64,000 nt of DNA, from contig PDIP01000085.1 in the NCBI GenBank assembly GCA_002811645.1, forward strand, positions 24,594 to 88,593, in the 5' to 3' direction. Of the stretch, positions 22,295-33,407 are shown piece after piece. The notes beneath the pieces were generated by a model. It did no database searches and was not told the origin of the DNA. It worked only from the letters and a program-made list of their open reading frames with translations. Position 1 is the first letter of the stretch. The number at the start of each line of letters is the position of its first letter. Source of the stretch: Corallochytrium limacisporum Hawaii. Taxonomy: Eukaryota > Protista > Pluriformea. Position numbers and translations under genes: made by a program.

Positions 22295-22512
22295 AGGGGA
22301 GAGAGAGAAAGAGAGAGACAGAGACAGAGAGGGGAAGTGACAAGCGAAGCGACCTTGCCGAACGGAGGAAGGTTGGGGGGAGGGGGGAGAGGAGGTGGAG
22401 GGGGAAGTGTGGTGCAGAAAGGGCGGAAGTGACTGGGGAGGGGAATGGGGAGGAGGAAGGAAGAGAGCGAGAGAGCGAGAGAGAGAGCGAGAGAGAGAGA
22501 GACAGGGAGAGG
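22295..22512. repeat. GA-rich microsatellite/polypurine tract
   Basis: (GA)n and GAGAGC arrays with G runs. Confidence 0.9.
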
Positions 22513-25115
22513 AAAGCAAGAAAATGAATGACGGCCCCGCTTTGCAAAGAAAAAAACTGATGCACCCGCAAACCCCCTGCACAGTATGAGGAGGGGAGGG
22601 TGCGCCGGTAAGGCTCCCTTTACCCTAACCCATTCGGGTCCAAAATTGCCAGGTTTTACAGAGTATACGTGAGAAATATGGAAAACATTAGGTTTATTTT
22701 GTACTTATTATGAAGGCTCTTGAAATTACGAGGTATCAATAGGAAAATCAAGTTTCACTGGCTTTTCACGCGACGCCCCCTCGAGGTTAGAGAGGGGCCA
22801 GGAGGGTCCTGTTTTCTTCTGGATTCCATCGGCACAGCGCACTATGCTTATGGTCTATCGAGAACTGCGTCTGATAAGTAATGCAACCCTCACAATTAAT
22901 GTACAGCAAATATATTGCGTATGGACCGAGTATTTCTATTTAATATTGTGCTCGTCAAGACCGCGAGTGACCGCGTCCACGGAGTCTGTCGCAGTCTTCG
23001 CCCCGTGACACAATCCACGAATCTCTGCTTGTGAGCTCGTGAGCAGCCGCCAGACCAATTATTCAATACTAAATGAACTGAAAATTGCTCAAGTTTGCAG
23101 CCGCCCCAATCGGATGTTTTTGGGGTCCGCGAGTACAGTGAGACGGGTGGTGCTTTTCCCCCCTCCTTCCTTTCTGCGGAGTGTGATTTTGCTGAGATTT
23201 TGTAGTACTTTATGGATGTAAAATGAATTATTCTTGAAAGGTGTAGTGTCGTACGATGGACGATCTTTTCTTGCGGAAGGGAGGCCCCGGGCATGGTCGT
23301 CCGTTCCAGGCACCCTAAACTCTTTTACCGGCCGCGCTACCTCGTACAAATACTACTAAATACTGACATTTTGATTCGAAGGAACCAGTGGTGTGTCGAC
23401 AATAGCCGCATCTAGGAAGGAAAGAATGGAGTTGACCCAAGTCTTCCAAAAATACACACAGGCCAGGGCGGATGTCGGGCAGGAGATGTCAGTTGGAATA
23501 TGCACACTTGACAGTCCGCCTCTTTAGTACTAAATGTATCATCACAAAATTGCGGGTTTCTCTATAGTGGGCGATACGAAATTTTGACTCTGACCAAGTT
23601 TCTTTTTCCCGGAGGGAGAGACCGGAGATGGCAACATTGCGAGCTGACCCAAGTCCAGTGAGTCCCGTGTGGGACCTCGGACAGCACAGCCCCGCTGTGG
23701 CTTTCCTTCGGGAATACCTCGTCCTTTCCCTCCGTGTCCCGGTTGTGCCTAAGTATCTTTATATTCAACATATGGAATTTATGAGCCGCGTTCTTGCCGA
23801 ATATTCTTTCCGAGGAGAAAGAGGAGCGACAGAAAATGGGCAAAAAAGGAGAAAGGGAGCGAGCGAGCGAGAGAGAGGGAGAGAGGGAGAGATGATAGAG
23901 AGAACGGAGGAGAGAATATTAAAAAAGAAAAAACAAGAAAAGGAGAATGTTTAAAAAAGAAACCAAAAGAAAATGGGGGAAAGACACATAGCCGAGAAAG
24001 GGAGACAGATTGTCTTCGATTTCTATCAGCAAGGACAAAGACTGTTTCTTTGCTCTTGCCTGTTAACTGTGCACGGGGATCCCGTGCAGTGCAGTCCGAA
24101 GGAGGAGGAAAGGCGCATTCACAAAGTACCAAATAAAAGCAAAGGAAGGGGAGGGAAAGGAGAGAACGCAGAGATAAAAGCTCCAACAAAAAGAACAAAA
24201 AAAAAAAGGGAAAGAAAGGGAGAGACACGAAACAGAAAGGACCGAAGACTTTTTATCTCCGTTGGACCCTGCCATCTTCTTTTTTCCCTTCTTTTTGTAC
24301 TGAAGCCGCGAACCGTGAAAACGACAGCCAAGGAGACCACAGATCCCTTTACCGGGCGAAAAGACCGAACCCCTCTCCGTTTTCGTCTTCAAAGTCTTTT
24401 TCTTGGGCCTTTCACCGGTACTCTGCTGCGGCGATGTGGTTTACCAGTCTTTTGGCGGGTTTTAAGGGCCACAGTTTTTTTTTTCTTTCGGGGTCACAGT
24501 GTCCACTTCTTCGGGTGTGCAGGCCAAGAATAAATAAGTGATTGTGTCACAAACGTCGTTTCCAAGTTGTGCCCGAGGAAACCCCCGGCATTTCTGAGTG
24601 ACTTAGGTGGACCTCTTGTCGTATACAATTTGTCGCTTCCAGTTTGAATGTGTTGCGCGCAAGTGACACCGGCTGCAACTTAATCATGTAATGGTACATG
24701 AAGATCACTAGTAACATACTCCAAACCTGTGGAAATATTTTTTATGCATGATATTAGTCATATATAGGGACCTATCAGAGTCAGAAAAAATTGCGGGACC
24801 AACGCATTTATATCTGTTTACTATTTTTTTTAATTTTTTTTTCCGGAACATCAGTTAACAAACTTTGGGTTTTGAACACCAAAGAGGCCCATTTAGCAGC
24901 AGCCGCAAGAACGTCAGGGATATGCGCTGCAGAATTGATACCGGTTAGAGATTGTAGACAAAGGCTAATAACAAACAGTAAGGAAGAAAAAGCACTGATC
25001 ACCCATTGTGCTTGGCAAACAGAAGGTCAACACCAGCACAGGAATCCTTCCAAACCGAGCGTTTGGTAGAAATCTTTAAGAGTTTGAAAAGCTGTTGGGA
25101 GGCAAGAAAGAAACG

Positions 25116-27278
25116 ATGAGCGGTATGTACGGCGGCGGAGGCCGTACAAGCCTGCCACCCAAAGGAGCGCCGGGCAGAGGATCTGGTCCCGGAGGTACTC
25201 GCAGGGGCACGGTACAAAACGGCCAACCTACAGAGCAGCTCTCGCCTGCGGAAATGGAAAAGAAATTGGCGGAACACCGCTGGTTTATGATGGAATTTAG
25301 AACCCGCATGTGTAAACAAGGTAGCAATTGCCCGACGCAGAAGCAATGCAGTTGGGCTCATGATAGTACACAATTGCGCCGTCGTGTGATCATGAACACA
25401 GCCGGAAAGTATAACTACAGTAGCGCAAGGTGTAAATATTACTTCAAAGGCGAGGGCCACTGTGCCTTCGGTGAACAGTGTAGCAATGCACACAATGACT
25501 CGGAGATTGTCTACCATCCTGAAATTTACAAGACAAGGCGATGTCAACATGATATTGTAGATGGGTATTGCAAATACTTTGGAAGACATTGTTCTAAAGC
25601 GCATGGCGACTCAGACGTCCGTGAGCCTCACACAAACTTCCCAAGCGAAGCTGGCGATCAGGACCCGAAACGAGCAGCCATGGCACAGAAAGAGCAACAG
25701 CTAGCACAGGAACAAGCACACCAACAGAAAAATGGAGCGACATCAAGTTCCACAGAGGGTCCAGGCTCAATAGCGCCCCCTCCCGTAGGCACCACACACA
25801 ACAAACCGTCCATGGCAGGGCCTGGTCCCATCAAAGCAGGGCCTTTGCCCCCTGGTCTTAGTTATGCAGAACGCGTTGCTGCCCAGGCAGCGGCAAAGGC
25901 TGTTAGTAGTCAGCCGCTCACTGGCGCCGCAGCGGCAGCAGAGGGCACTGCTCCGCAGTCATTCTGCGCTGCCATTGAGCGGCCACCGTCTGCAACCCGG
26001 TCGCTGACCCGCGAGGACAGCGACCAATCAAGTAGACAAAGCCATCCAGGAAGCCGGTCCACCAGCCGAGCTCCTGGTGGACCGTCCATGCTCGGACCGT
26101 CCTCCGGAGGCAGTGACAATGGCGAAGCCATAGGTATGGAAACCCCGTCTTCTTCTGCGCCTGCCGGTGCCTTTGACTACCGTAGTGCGCTCCTGGCCGG
26201 TTCGTCAAGTCATCAACAAAGCGGTGCAGGAGCATCAGCATCAACACAACCACAGGCCGCTTCCGGCGGTGGATCTGACATGCAAGGCTCCACCTCTCCA
26301 CCACACAGTCCTCCTCTGAGTGCCAGCAGCTCCACCGCTGCCGTACTCAGCGACACGAGCGGCGCGGATGCGTACCGCATGCAGAATCTGCAACAGAATA
26401 TTATGGCCATTTCACAGTCCACTGGCCCCGCGTCCAGCTCAACTCGCAACGGCCGCAGTGGATCCGTGGCCTCTAACTCGAGCACCACCAGCGGCGGCCA
26501 GACGACTGCCATTGGTAGTGGCAGTGGCCAGCCGACTCACCAGCAGGCTGCTGCCCAGGCTGCGGCCCAGGCTGCCTGGGGCAATGCCGGCGTGAACGGC
26601 GGTCCATCCGGGGCCAGCAAGCGCCCCGGTATGAACGGTGGCGTGGTCGGCCATGGAGGTATGCCTGATACTTCCATGATGTTTGGAGGAGGCCCAGGCC
26701 CAGGTAGTGCCGCCCCCGGTAGTGCCGCCCCCGGTAGTGGGGATGGCTTTGGCCGCAGCGGCGCGTCCTACTTTGAGCAGGGTAATGCCCGCGGCTCCCG
26801 CCTGGACTCTGGTCATCTCTTTAGCGTTTTCCAGCGCCCTGGTGGCGGCATGCGATCCAGTGGCGGTCTGAGCGGTGGCCTCCTTGACGACGACGACGAC
26901 CGGGGCCACCGTGGTTCCATACCGGCGACATCAGCGCAGCAACAACAGGCACAAGCGCAGTTCAACTCGCAGCTTGCGGCTGCCCAGGAACGGGCTGCAG
27001 CATTGGAGCGTGAAGTGCGCATGCTGCGCAGCTGCAGTGCCTGTGGTATGCGCGACAAGCGCTATGCCACAGTGTGCGGCCATTTGTTCTGTGAGAACTG
27101 TGCTGGAACTATGATGAACACACCGGAACACACGCCGCAGTGCAGTCTATGTGGTGCTGCCGTGCACCGCAACGAAATCTTTGCGGTGGAACTGACGCCA
27201 AGTCTACGGCGGGTGCCTTACGGCTACGCACCCGACAACTTTAGGGCCTCATACTATGAGCCATCCAATCGTGTTTGA
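25116..27278 (+). CDS. UNK: Unkempt-like CCCH zinc finger / RING protein
   Basis: Three CCCH fingers including the YHPEIYKT..C hallmark, a long low-complexity linker, a coiled coil, and a C-terminal C3HC4 RING (CSAC..CGHLFCENC..CSLC). Confidence 0.85.
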   Translation: MSGMYGGGGRTSLPPKGAPGRGSGPGGTRRGTVQNGQPTEQLSPAEMEKKLAEHRWFMMEFRTRMCKQGSNCPTQKQCSWAHDSTQLRRRVIMNTAGKYNYSSARCKYYFKGEGHCAFGEQCSNAHNDSEIVYHPEIYKTRRCQHDIVDGYCKYFGRHCSKAHGDSDVREPHTNFPSEAGDQDPKRAAMAQKEQQLAQEQAHQQKNGATSSSTEGPGSIAPPPVGTTHNKPSMAGPGPIKAGPLPPGLSYAERVAAQAAAKAVSSQPLTGAAAAAEGTAPQSFCAAIERPPSATRSLTREDSDQSSRQSHPGSRSTSRAPGGPSMLGPSSGGSDNGEAIGMETPSSSAPAGAFDYRSALLAGSSSHQQSGAGASASTQPQAASGGGSDMQGSTSPPHSPPLSASSSTAAVLSDTSGADAYRMQNLQQNIMAISQSTGPASSSTRNGRSGSVASNSSTTSGGQTTAIGSGSGQPTHQQAAAQAAAQAAWGNAGVNGGPSGASKRPGMNGGVVGHGGMPDTSMMFGGGPGPGSAAPGSAAPGSGDGFGRSGASYFEQGNARGSRLDSGHLFSVFQRPGGGMRSSGGLSGGLLDDDDDRGHRGSIPATSAQQQQAQAQFNSQLAAAQERAAALEREVRMLRSCSACGMRDKRYATVCGHLFCENCAGTMMNTPEHTPQCSLCGAAVHRNEIFAVELTPSLRRVPYGYAPDNFRASYYEPSNRV

Positions 27279-27620
27279 TTGAGAATAGTTTCCCAAGTTT
27301 TATTGCTTTAACAATTGTCCTGTTAGGTTTGACGGGCAGAATACTCTTGTTGTGTGGGGGTAAGCTTTGCCAAACAAACCTGTCAAAAGCGAACTTGTTG
27401 ACCCTTTTATAATCATCTCATTTTATCTTTTATGATTTACACCAACTTAGTGTGTTAGAAAGTGTTCCATCGTCCATTGCCCATGAACCCACTTTCCCTG
27501 CTCGCGAAATGATCCACGAAATATATAGCTAGAAAGCCAAGAGGGTAGTCAACTTACCATAACAATGATCCAGTCCATTTCCTTGTCGTTTAGTTCTTAT
27601 TGCTCTGTTCTGCTGTTTTA

Positions 27621-29012
27621 TTACAATTTAGTGCCGAGGTCGGCCAGCTCGTGATCATCGTATAGCTGCTGGAGCTCATTGTGCCACCCAGCGCCCTTGC
27701 AAATCTCCATGACCGCTTCGTCACACTGGGTGATGAGACTAATGTCACGATAGTTCCGCGGATTCGTGCGGGATTGGAAATCTCCGACCATCTCCAGATT
27801 GATTAAAACCCGCGGAACCATGCGGTCTACCATGGTGGGTAACATGCACACGGGAGCCACGGCAAGTGACGTGCCCATGACAATCACTAGATCAGCTTCA
27901 TCAACGTCCCGGTCGACATTGTTGAAGAAGCGTTCCGGCAGAGACTCCCCGAAGAAAACAATGTCCGGCTTCAACACGCCTTCCTCTTTACACTCGTTGC
28001 ACCGAGGAATCTCTCCAGACAGGACCCGATCACGAATGTCCTTAAGTTCGACTTTGCAGCGGCATTTGCGGGTCTGGCAAGTGGCGGTGGCAAAAGATCC
28101 GTGCGCCTCAATCACTCGGTCACCAGGTACTCCGGCCTCCCGTTCTAGTGTATCAATGTTTTGTGTGTAAGCGCGCAGCAATAATCCCCGGTCATGAAGC
28201 ATACGGATGAAAAAGTGGCCAAGCGTTGGCTTGAACTTGCCGGGCATCAATTCCTTGGAAAGTAGGAAAAATGGGCTCGGGTCGGTGTTGAAAAAGTCCA
28301 TGGTAAATATTGCCTCCGGATACGGAAGATTGTACTTTTCCAAGTTGTCGTAGAGACCAGTGCCAGGAGTGCGGAAATCCGGAATGCCCGCACTGACCGA
28401 CAGCCCAGCCCCACTCACCACAAGGATGCGTTTGAATTTCTCTTCAGCGAGCAACTTGCCCAGACCGACTGCATCGGGGATGTCGACTTTGGAAAACTCT
28501 GGTTCTTTGGGGATGGAGTCTTGCTTTTCTTTCTCCTTCTGTTCACTCACTTTCTTCTGGATTGCTTCTGCCTTATTCTTATCAACGTCCTTCATCGATA
28601 GTTTAGCCAGGGCCTCAGTCGCCTCATCCTCATCCTTTGTGGCTTCCTCCTTGTTGGGCGGGTTCTTAGGAGTGGTTATCACAAAGTCATTGCCCCACAC
28701 CTCTCGACGCATGTCGTGTGTCCGCTCTTCCTGACTTTTCAGTCTGCCCAACTTCGATGCCGTGCCTTTGACAATATCTGATATGTTCTCAATCATGTCT
28801 GACATTTGAAAAGACCCAGGCTGGACCTCGTCGGGATCGCCCCAGTCATGTGCCGCTCCACTCATGTCGCTCTGTTCTTTTCTGTTCGATGCGTATGGAC
28901 GACCCCGTTTGTTGTAGACACTTAATGTAACTAGAGCGTTATTATAATTTCTTCCAAATGTTTCTGTTCGAACAGTGGCTCCGTTCCTCACTAACCGGGC
29001 CAGTCTATGCAT
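27621..29012 (-). CDS. NAD-dependent deacylase, class I sirtuin (SIRT2/SIRT3/Hst2-like)
   Basis: GAGLSVSAGIPDFR, TQNIDTLER, EAHGSF, Zn-binding Cys pairs, KPDIVFFGE, GTSL. First ATG at 29012 encodes a presequence-like segment; second ATG at 28865. Confidence 0.95.
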   Translation of the reverse strand: MHRLARLVRNGATVRTETFGRNYNNALVTLSVYNKRGRPYASNRKEQSDMSGAAHDWGDPDEVQPGSFQMSDMIENISDIVKGTASKLGRLKSQEERTHDMRREVWGNDFVITTPKNPPNKEEATKDEDEATEALAKLSMKDVDKNKAEAIQKKVSEQKEKEKQDSIPKEPEFSKVDIPDAVGLGKLLAEEKFKRILVVSGAGLSVSAGIPDFRTPGTGLYDNLEKYNLPYPEAIFTMDFFNTDPSPFFLLSKELMPGKFKPTLGHFFIRMLHDRGLLLRAYTQNIDTLEREAGVPGDRVIEAHGSFATATCQTRKCRCKVELKDIRDRVLSGEIPRCNECKEEGVLKPDIVFFGESLPERFFNNVDRDVDEADLVIVMGTSLAVAPVCMLPTMVDRMVPRVLINLEMVGDFQSRTNPRNYRDISLITQCDEAVMEICKGAGWHNELQQLYDDHELADLGTKL

Positions 29013-29618
29013 CTGAATTCTGGAGTGGAACTGTGAGTGCCACTGTGGACTCCGTAAATGGAGCGGTATGTTTTCTCCTTTGCACTCATCTACCCTCACA
29101 TTTAAACGAAGTCCTTGTTGGCCGATAATGCACGTCAAGTAACTGGCACTGAGGTCTAAGAACCCATGACACATTGTTTGGAAAGCTCGCCGCCGAGTGC
29201 AATATTCTGGCACCCCTGAGGGAACCCGGACCCGCTGGAGAGAGACCTCCTGGTCCGGCGAGGGAGCCTGGAGGGGCGGCACCCCGATAGGGAGGGAGGG
29301 GGTTCTTGCTTCGTTAAGCCTCTGGCTGCAACTGAATTCCCCGGTGCTAATCTCTACATAGTGAAGCAACTGGCTGGCCCCACTTCCAGAACTTTCACGG
29401 ATTTTGGCCACGTTTTGAATATTTATTTATCCGTATATTACTTTGACATTTTTTATAGCTATCTATCTTATGTACTTATTTAATATACGCTATCCGTATA
29501 CATATACCAAGCAAATCTCCGTTCGGAGCGGGCCTCCTCAAAAATCCACTCCACCAGTACTATATGTATTTATTTTTCTACCTGCCCTTTCAGCAAGCAA
29601 TCACAGCAAGCTTTACCT

Positions 29619-29718
29619 GCCTCCTTAGCTCAGTTGGTTAGAGCGTGGTGCTAATAACTATAGCATACTAAAGTGTAGAGATACGCCAAGGTCACAGGTT
29701 CGATCCCTGTAGGGGGCA
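29619..29718 (+). tRNA. tRNA-Ile(AAT) with a 26-nt intron (29657-29682)
   Basis: Acceptor GCCTCCT/AGGGGGC, D arm AGCTCAGTTGGTTAGAGC, anticodon arm TGGTG-CTAATA|A-CGCCA, T loop GGTTCGATCC; 74 nt once spliced; oligo-T downstream. Confidence 0.95.
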
Positions 29719-29838
29719 TAGAGCTTAGATTTCTTGCCTTTCTTTTTTTTTTTCTTCTTTTAAGTGAGGAGGACTCTCTCTCTCTCTCTCTCGCTCTTTG
29801 TGAGCAGCCTTGTAACTCACTGTGTTGTAAACGCGCGG

Positions 29839-29943
29839 GCCTCCTTAGCTCAGTTGGTTAGAGCGTGGTGCTAATAAAAAACCATAGCACACTAAAAGTG
29901 TAGAGATACGCCAAGGTCACAGGTTCGACCCCTGTAGGGGGCA
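29839..29943 (+). tRNA. tRNA-Ile(AAT) with a 31-nt intron (29877-29907)
   Basis: Starts 220 bp after the first copy; exons differ at one T-loop base; related intron also ending TAGAGAT. Confidence 0.93.
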
Positions 29944-30313
29944 GGCAAGCACACTACACAACAGCCGAGGAACAAGGGGTCGTCTGTTTCGGGACGGGGA
30001 GGGATTTCCCTTTTTTTTTTGCCCCTCCAGCAGCAGTACTATCTGTATGGGTTTACCGCGTACTGTGTGGTACACCCTTCGTTTGGAGGGGTTCGTCTCC
30101 ACAGCTTGAGCGGCAATGGGGCTCCCCGGCAGGGGCGCGCCCAAGTGTACGTCTCCGTTCCACGACGCATGTGAACGGAGAGCGCTTCGGGTTTGAAACC
30201 GCCGCAATGTTTTCGATGGTTCGCAAAGGTACAAGGAAATCGAGGGTGCAGAGAACGTCAGATACGATTGACTATGATTAAACGGGCCCAGAGGGTTTCA
30301 TCAGGAGGGAAAA

Positions 30314-31183
30314 ATGGCTACTGTACGAAGTGCTCTATCAACACTGCAGCGGCTCTTTAACATCCGCGCTGCCCAGGCATGGGACAACGTTGGTGTGCTG
30401 TTGGAACCGACAGCAGCCGATAGTATTCCACTAAAGAATGTATTTCTAACTATTGATCTTACAGAACGGACCTTAAAGGAAGCACTGGATAAGGATTGTA
30501 ATGTGATTATTGCTTATCATCCGCCGCTGTTTGCCTCTTTCAAGCGCCTGACACAAACGACTGCAAAGGAGCGGATGGCCATCTCGTGCATTGAGAACAA
30601 AGTAGCCGTCATCTCGCCGCACACGATTCTGGATACGGATGGAGACAGTATCACAGACTGGCTAGCCCGCAGCTGTACGATGGACGGTAAGAATGGCCTA
30701 GCCTCCCTTGAACCGATTGAACCGATCCCTGCGGACCAGATTGAGGATGGCCCAGAGAACACCAAGCGCTTTGGGCTACGAAAAGGGTCGGGCATGGGCC
30801 GCATTGCGACGCTAAGTAAACCAACTCCGATTGCAGACATCATACAGAGCCTGAAGACGAACCTCGGCGTACCCCATTGCCATGTAGCCTATCCGCACAA
30901 GACATCGCTGTTTCCGGAGAAGAAGAACGTTCAGTCACTGGCCTTTTGCTGCGGAAGCGGAGGCAGTGTGGTCAAAGGCTGCGATGTCGATGTCTACGTA
31001 ACGGGCGAGATGGGGCACCACGACGTCTTGGAGGCGACGGCCCGTGGTGTGCACGTCCTGCTCTTCAATCACACCAACACGGAACGAGGATACCTCAAGT
31101 TCCTTGCCGCAGAAGTCCAGGAAGAGATCAAGAGTACCGTTATTATCTCTGAGACGGACGTGGACCCTCTTGAAACGATTTAG
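30314..31183 (+). CDS. NIF3L1: NIF3-like protein (GTP cyclohydrolase 1 type 2 / DUF34)
   Basis: AQAWDNVGVLL, TIDLT, AYHPPLF, SPHT.LD, CGSGGSV, TGEMGHH, HTNTERGYL. Confidence 0.95.
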   Translation: MATVRSALSTLQRLFNIRAAQAWDNVGVLLEPTAADSIPLKNVFLTIDLTERTLKEALDKDCNVIIAYHPPLFASFKRLTQTTAKERMAISCIENKVAVISPHTILDTDGDSITDWLARSCTMDGKNGLASLEPIEPIPADQIEDGPENTKRFGLRKGSGMGRIATLSKPTPIADIIQSLKTNLGVPHCHVAYPHKTSLFPEKKNVQSLAFCCGSGGSVVKGCDVDVYVTGEMGHHDVLEATARGVHVLLFNHTNTERGYLKFLAAEVQEEIKSTVIISETDVDPLETI

Positions 31184-31691
31184 TTGACGGGAGTGAATAA
31201 AGAACATAGGTCAAACTGCAGCCTTGAACACAGTTGGATGTTATTTCATGCTAAGAAAATAGTTTTAATGGTTGATTGATTTTCGCTGATGATTCGTTTG
31301 ATGCCACGGTCATCGCGCCGGAGACAGCAGCAGATACAACAGTCCTATTACAATGCTATATGCTAGTGATGCATTTTCCTTAGGATTGATATGCCAGAGC
31401 TTTGCTCGATTTTTACGTTACTTGCAAACAGAACAAGCCAAGGACAACTCCAACACCATATCACTAATCGCTGCTCCCTTCACTGAGCTCCCATGCGGTG
31501 TCTAGTTGAGGATCCCAAAGAGCAGCTTAGGTATGGAGATGGATTGCAAGTTTGTGTCCCTTGATTCCAGATGCTTTCGGTTCAATCTGCGAGCCCCTTT
31601 TTGAAATGTGATATAAAAATGTAAAACATATGTAGAGAAAAGGAATGATATGCTTGTGGGTTTGTGGTTTGTTGTAAGAGACTGCAGGAAC

Positions 31692-32144
31692 TTACAGACG
31701 GCGACCACGGCGACCACCTTTCTTGCGGGTGGAATCGGTGGGAATGGGAGTGACATCCTCAATGCGGCCAATCTTCATGCCGGCACGGGCCAAGGCACGG
31801 AGGGCGGACTGGGCACCGGGTCCGGGGGTCTTGGTGCGAGAACCACCAGTGGCACGCAGCTTAATGTGCAGAGCGGTGACACCGAGCTCCTTGCAGCGGA
31901 CAGCAACGTCCTGGGCAGCCAACATAGCAGCGTAGGGGGAGGCCTCGTCACGGTCAGCCTTGACCTTCATACCGCCAGTAACCCGAGAGATGGTTTCCCG
32001 TCCCGACAGATCTGTAACGTGCACAAAGGTATCGTTGAAAGAGGCAAAGATGTGGGCAACACCGAAAACGTTCTCGCCATCGCGAACAACGGGGCCGAGG
32101 GTGACCACGGTCTCTTCCTTAGGGGCCTTCTTAGCCTTAGACAT
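31692..32144 (-). CDS. RPS14: 40S ribosomal protein S14 (uS11)
   Basis: [22 protein letters not shown]...[12 protein letters not shown]; ATG at 32144, 150 aa. Confidence 0.99.
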   Translation of the reverse strand: MSKAKKAPKEETVVTLGPVVRDGENVFGVAHIFASFNDTFVHVTDLSGRETISRVTGGMKVKADRDEASPYAAMLAAQDVAVRCKELGVTALHIKLRATGGSRTKTPGPGAQSALRALARAGMKIGRIEDVTPIPTDSTRKKGGRRGRRL

Positions 32145-33003
32145 GTTTGATTGGATTCGATATAAACTTCTAATCCCGACAATGAATGTACCTGAATTCG
32201 CTATAACCGACAATGAATATTGAGTAGCTTGTTTCAAGTAACTGTCTACGATTTATAACCTTATAACTTATTGCTCAGTAAATATATGATACAGGCGGAT
32301 TGCCTACGATGTGGTCCTTGAGGCCCTTTATGCTCAGTAGTTTCCACAATAGCGAAAACCCACAGTACACCGCCAATGGCCCTTGAGAGCACCACACCAG
32401 AACCTCTTGGGTGGTGAGGAAAGAGACGGTCCGATCCATAGTAAAAGGCCTTGTGCCGTTGAGCAGACTTAGGTACTGCGTGGGCCAGGAGTGGACTGGA
32501 GGGTTCGCGAGGGACTGCGGTACATTCATTATGGACTTGACGCTTCTGGTCTCTTCCAGCAATACAATTACTATGATTGCCTTTCGAAGACCCAGTCTTG
32601 GTATGTTGATCATAGAGAAACCTACGTAAATGCTTGAAGGGGAAAATTGGAGAAATTTTCTGAGTCCTTCGTGACCCCATCCTGAACCACAAAAAAGGCA
32701 ACAGAAGTTTTGTGTGTGAAATTTATTTGTGTGTGTTTGGTAAGGGAAGGGAAGGGGGGCGGGGGTGTGTGTCGATGCGGCTGGGTCGCCACCCGAGGCG
32801 GGCCCCAGTGGGCGGAGCTGGGTCTGTCGCGAACCCGAGTACTCTGCAGGTGCCGCCATTCGTTTTCCAGAATGTATTTCTTGACATATTGGGGTGCATC
32901 ACTCAACCTATAACAGGCCCTCAAAAACATAGACAGATTTGATTCGAGAAATCCTCAAACCTATGTCATATTACTTCTGAAAGAGACACATGCTTCCGGG
33001 ACT

Positions 33004-33288
33004 ATGAAGGTTAAGATTGAGTTTAGCGGCGGGGCTGAGCTGTTGTTTGACAACAAAACAGAACACGAAGTGGAGATCGAAAAGGGCAAAACTTTGAAAG
33101 ATCTCATCCAGTATCTGGCGCGGAATATGCTGAGAGAAAAGCCAGAGCTTTTCATTCAAGGGGACACTGTACGCCCGGGCATTCTTGTCCTCGTCAACGA
33201 TACTGACTGGGAGCTCCTGGACACGCTCGAGTATCAGATCCAGGAAAATGATACAATAGCATTCATTTCCACTCTCCACGGTGGTTAG
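33004..33288 (+). CDS. URM1: Ubiquitin-related modifier 1
   Basis: [36 protein letters not shown]-terminus. Confidence 0.98.
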   Translation: MKVKIEFSGGAELLFDNKTEHEVEIEKGKTLKDLIQYLARNMLREKPELFIQGDTVRPGILVLVNDTDWELLDTLEYQIQENDTIAFISTLHGG

Positions 33289-33407
33289 ACCGACGAAACA
33301 TGAGTTCTATGAAAAAGTTCTCAAGTAGTTCCGTGGCTCTTCAATGCATAATTCACATCATAATGGTGCTCCATCACATATATACATACTATATGTCTGT
33401 ACTAACA

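Noticed and set aside
26703-26739. 15-bp tandem repeat in the Unkempt-like gene
   Set aside because: In-frame low-complexity GSAAP duplication; ordinary.
29013-29411. 133-codon N-terminal extension of the sirtuin ORF from GTG (similar non-ATG extensions on RPS14, CAPZA, SSX2IP and EXOC1)
   Set aside because: No ATG and no family similarity; treated as leader or promoter sequence.
32441-32449. GCCTTTTAC (U5 snRNA loop I) on the minus strand upstream of RPS14
   Set aside because: The flanks do not form the closing stem, and no convincing Sm site was seen.
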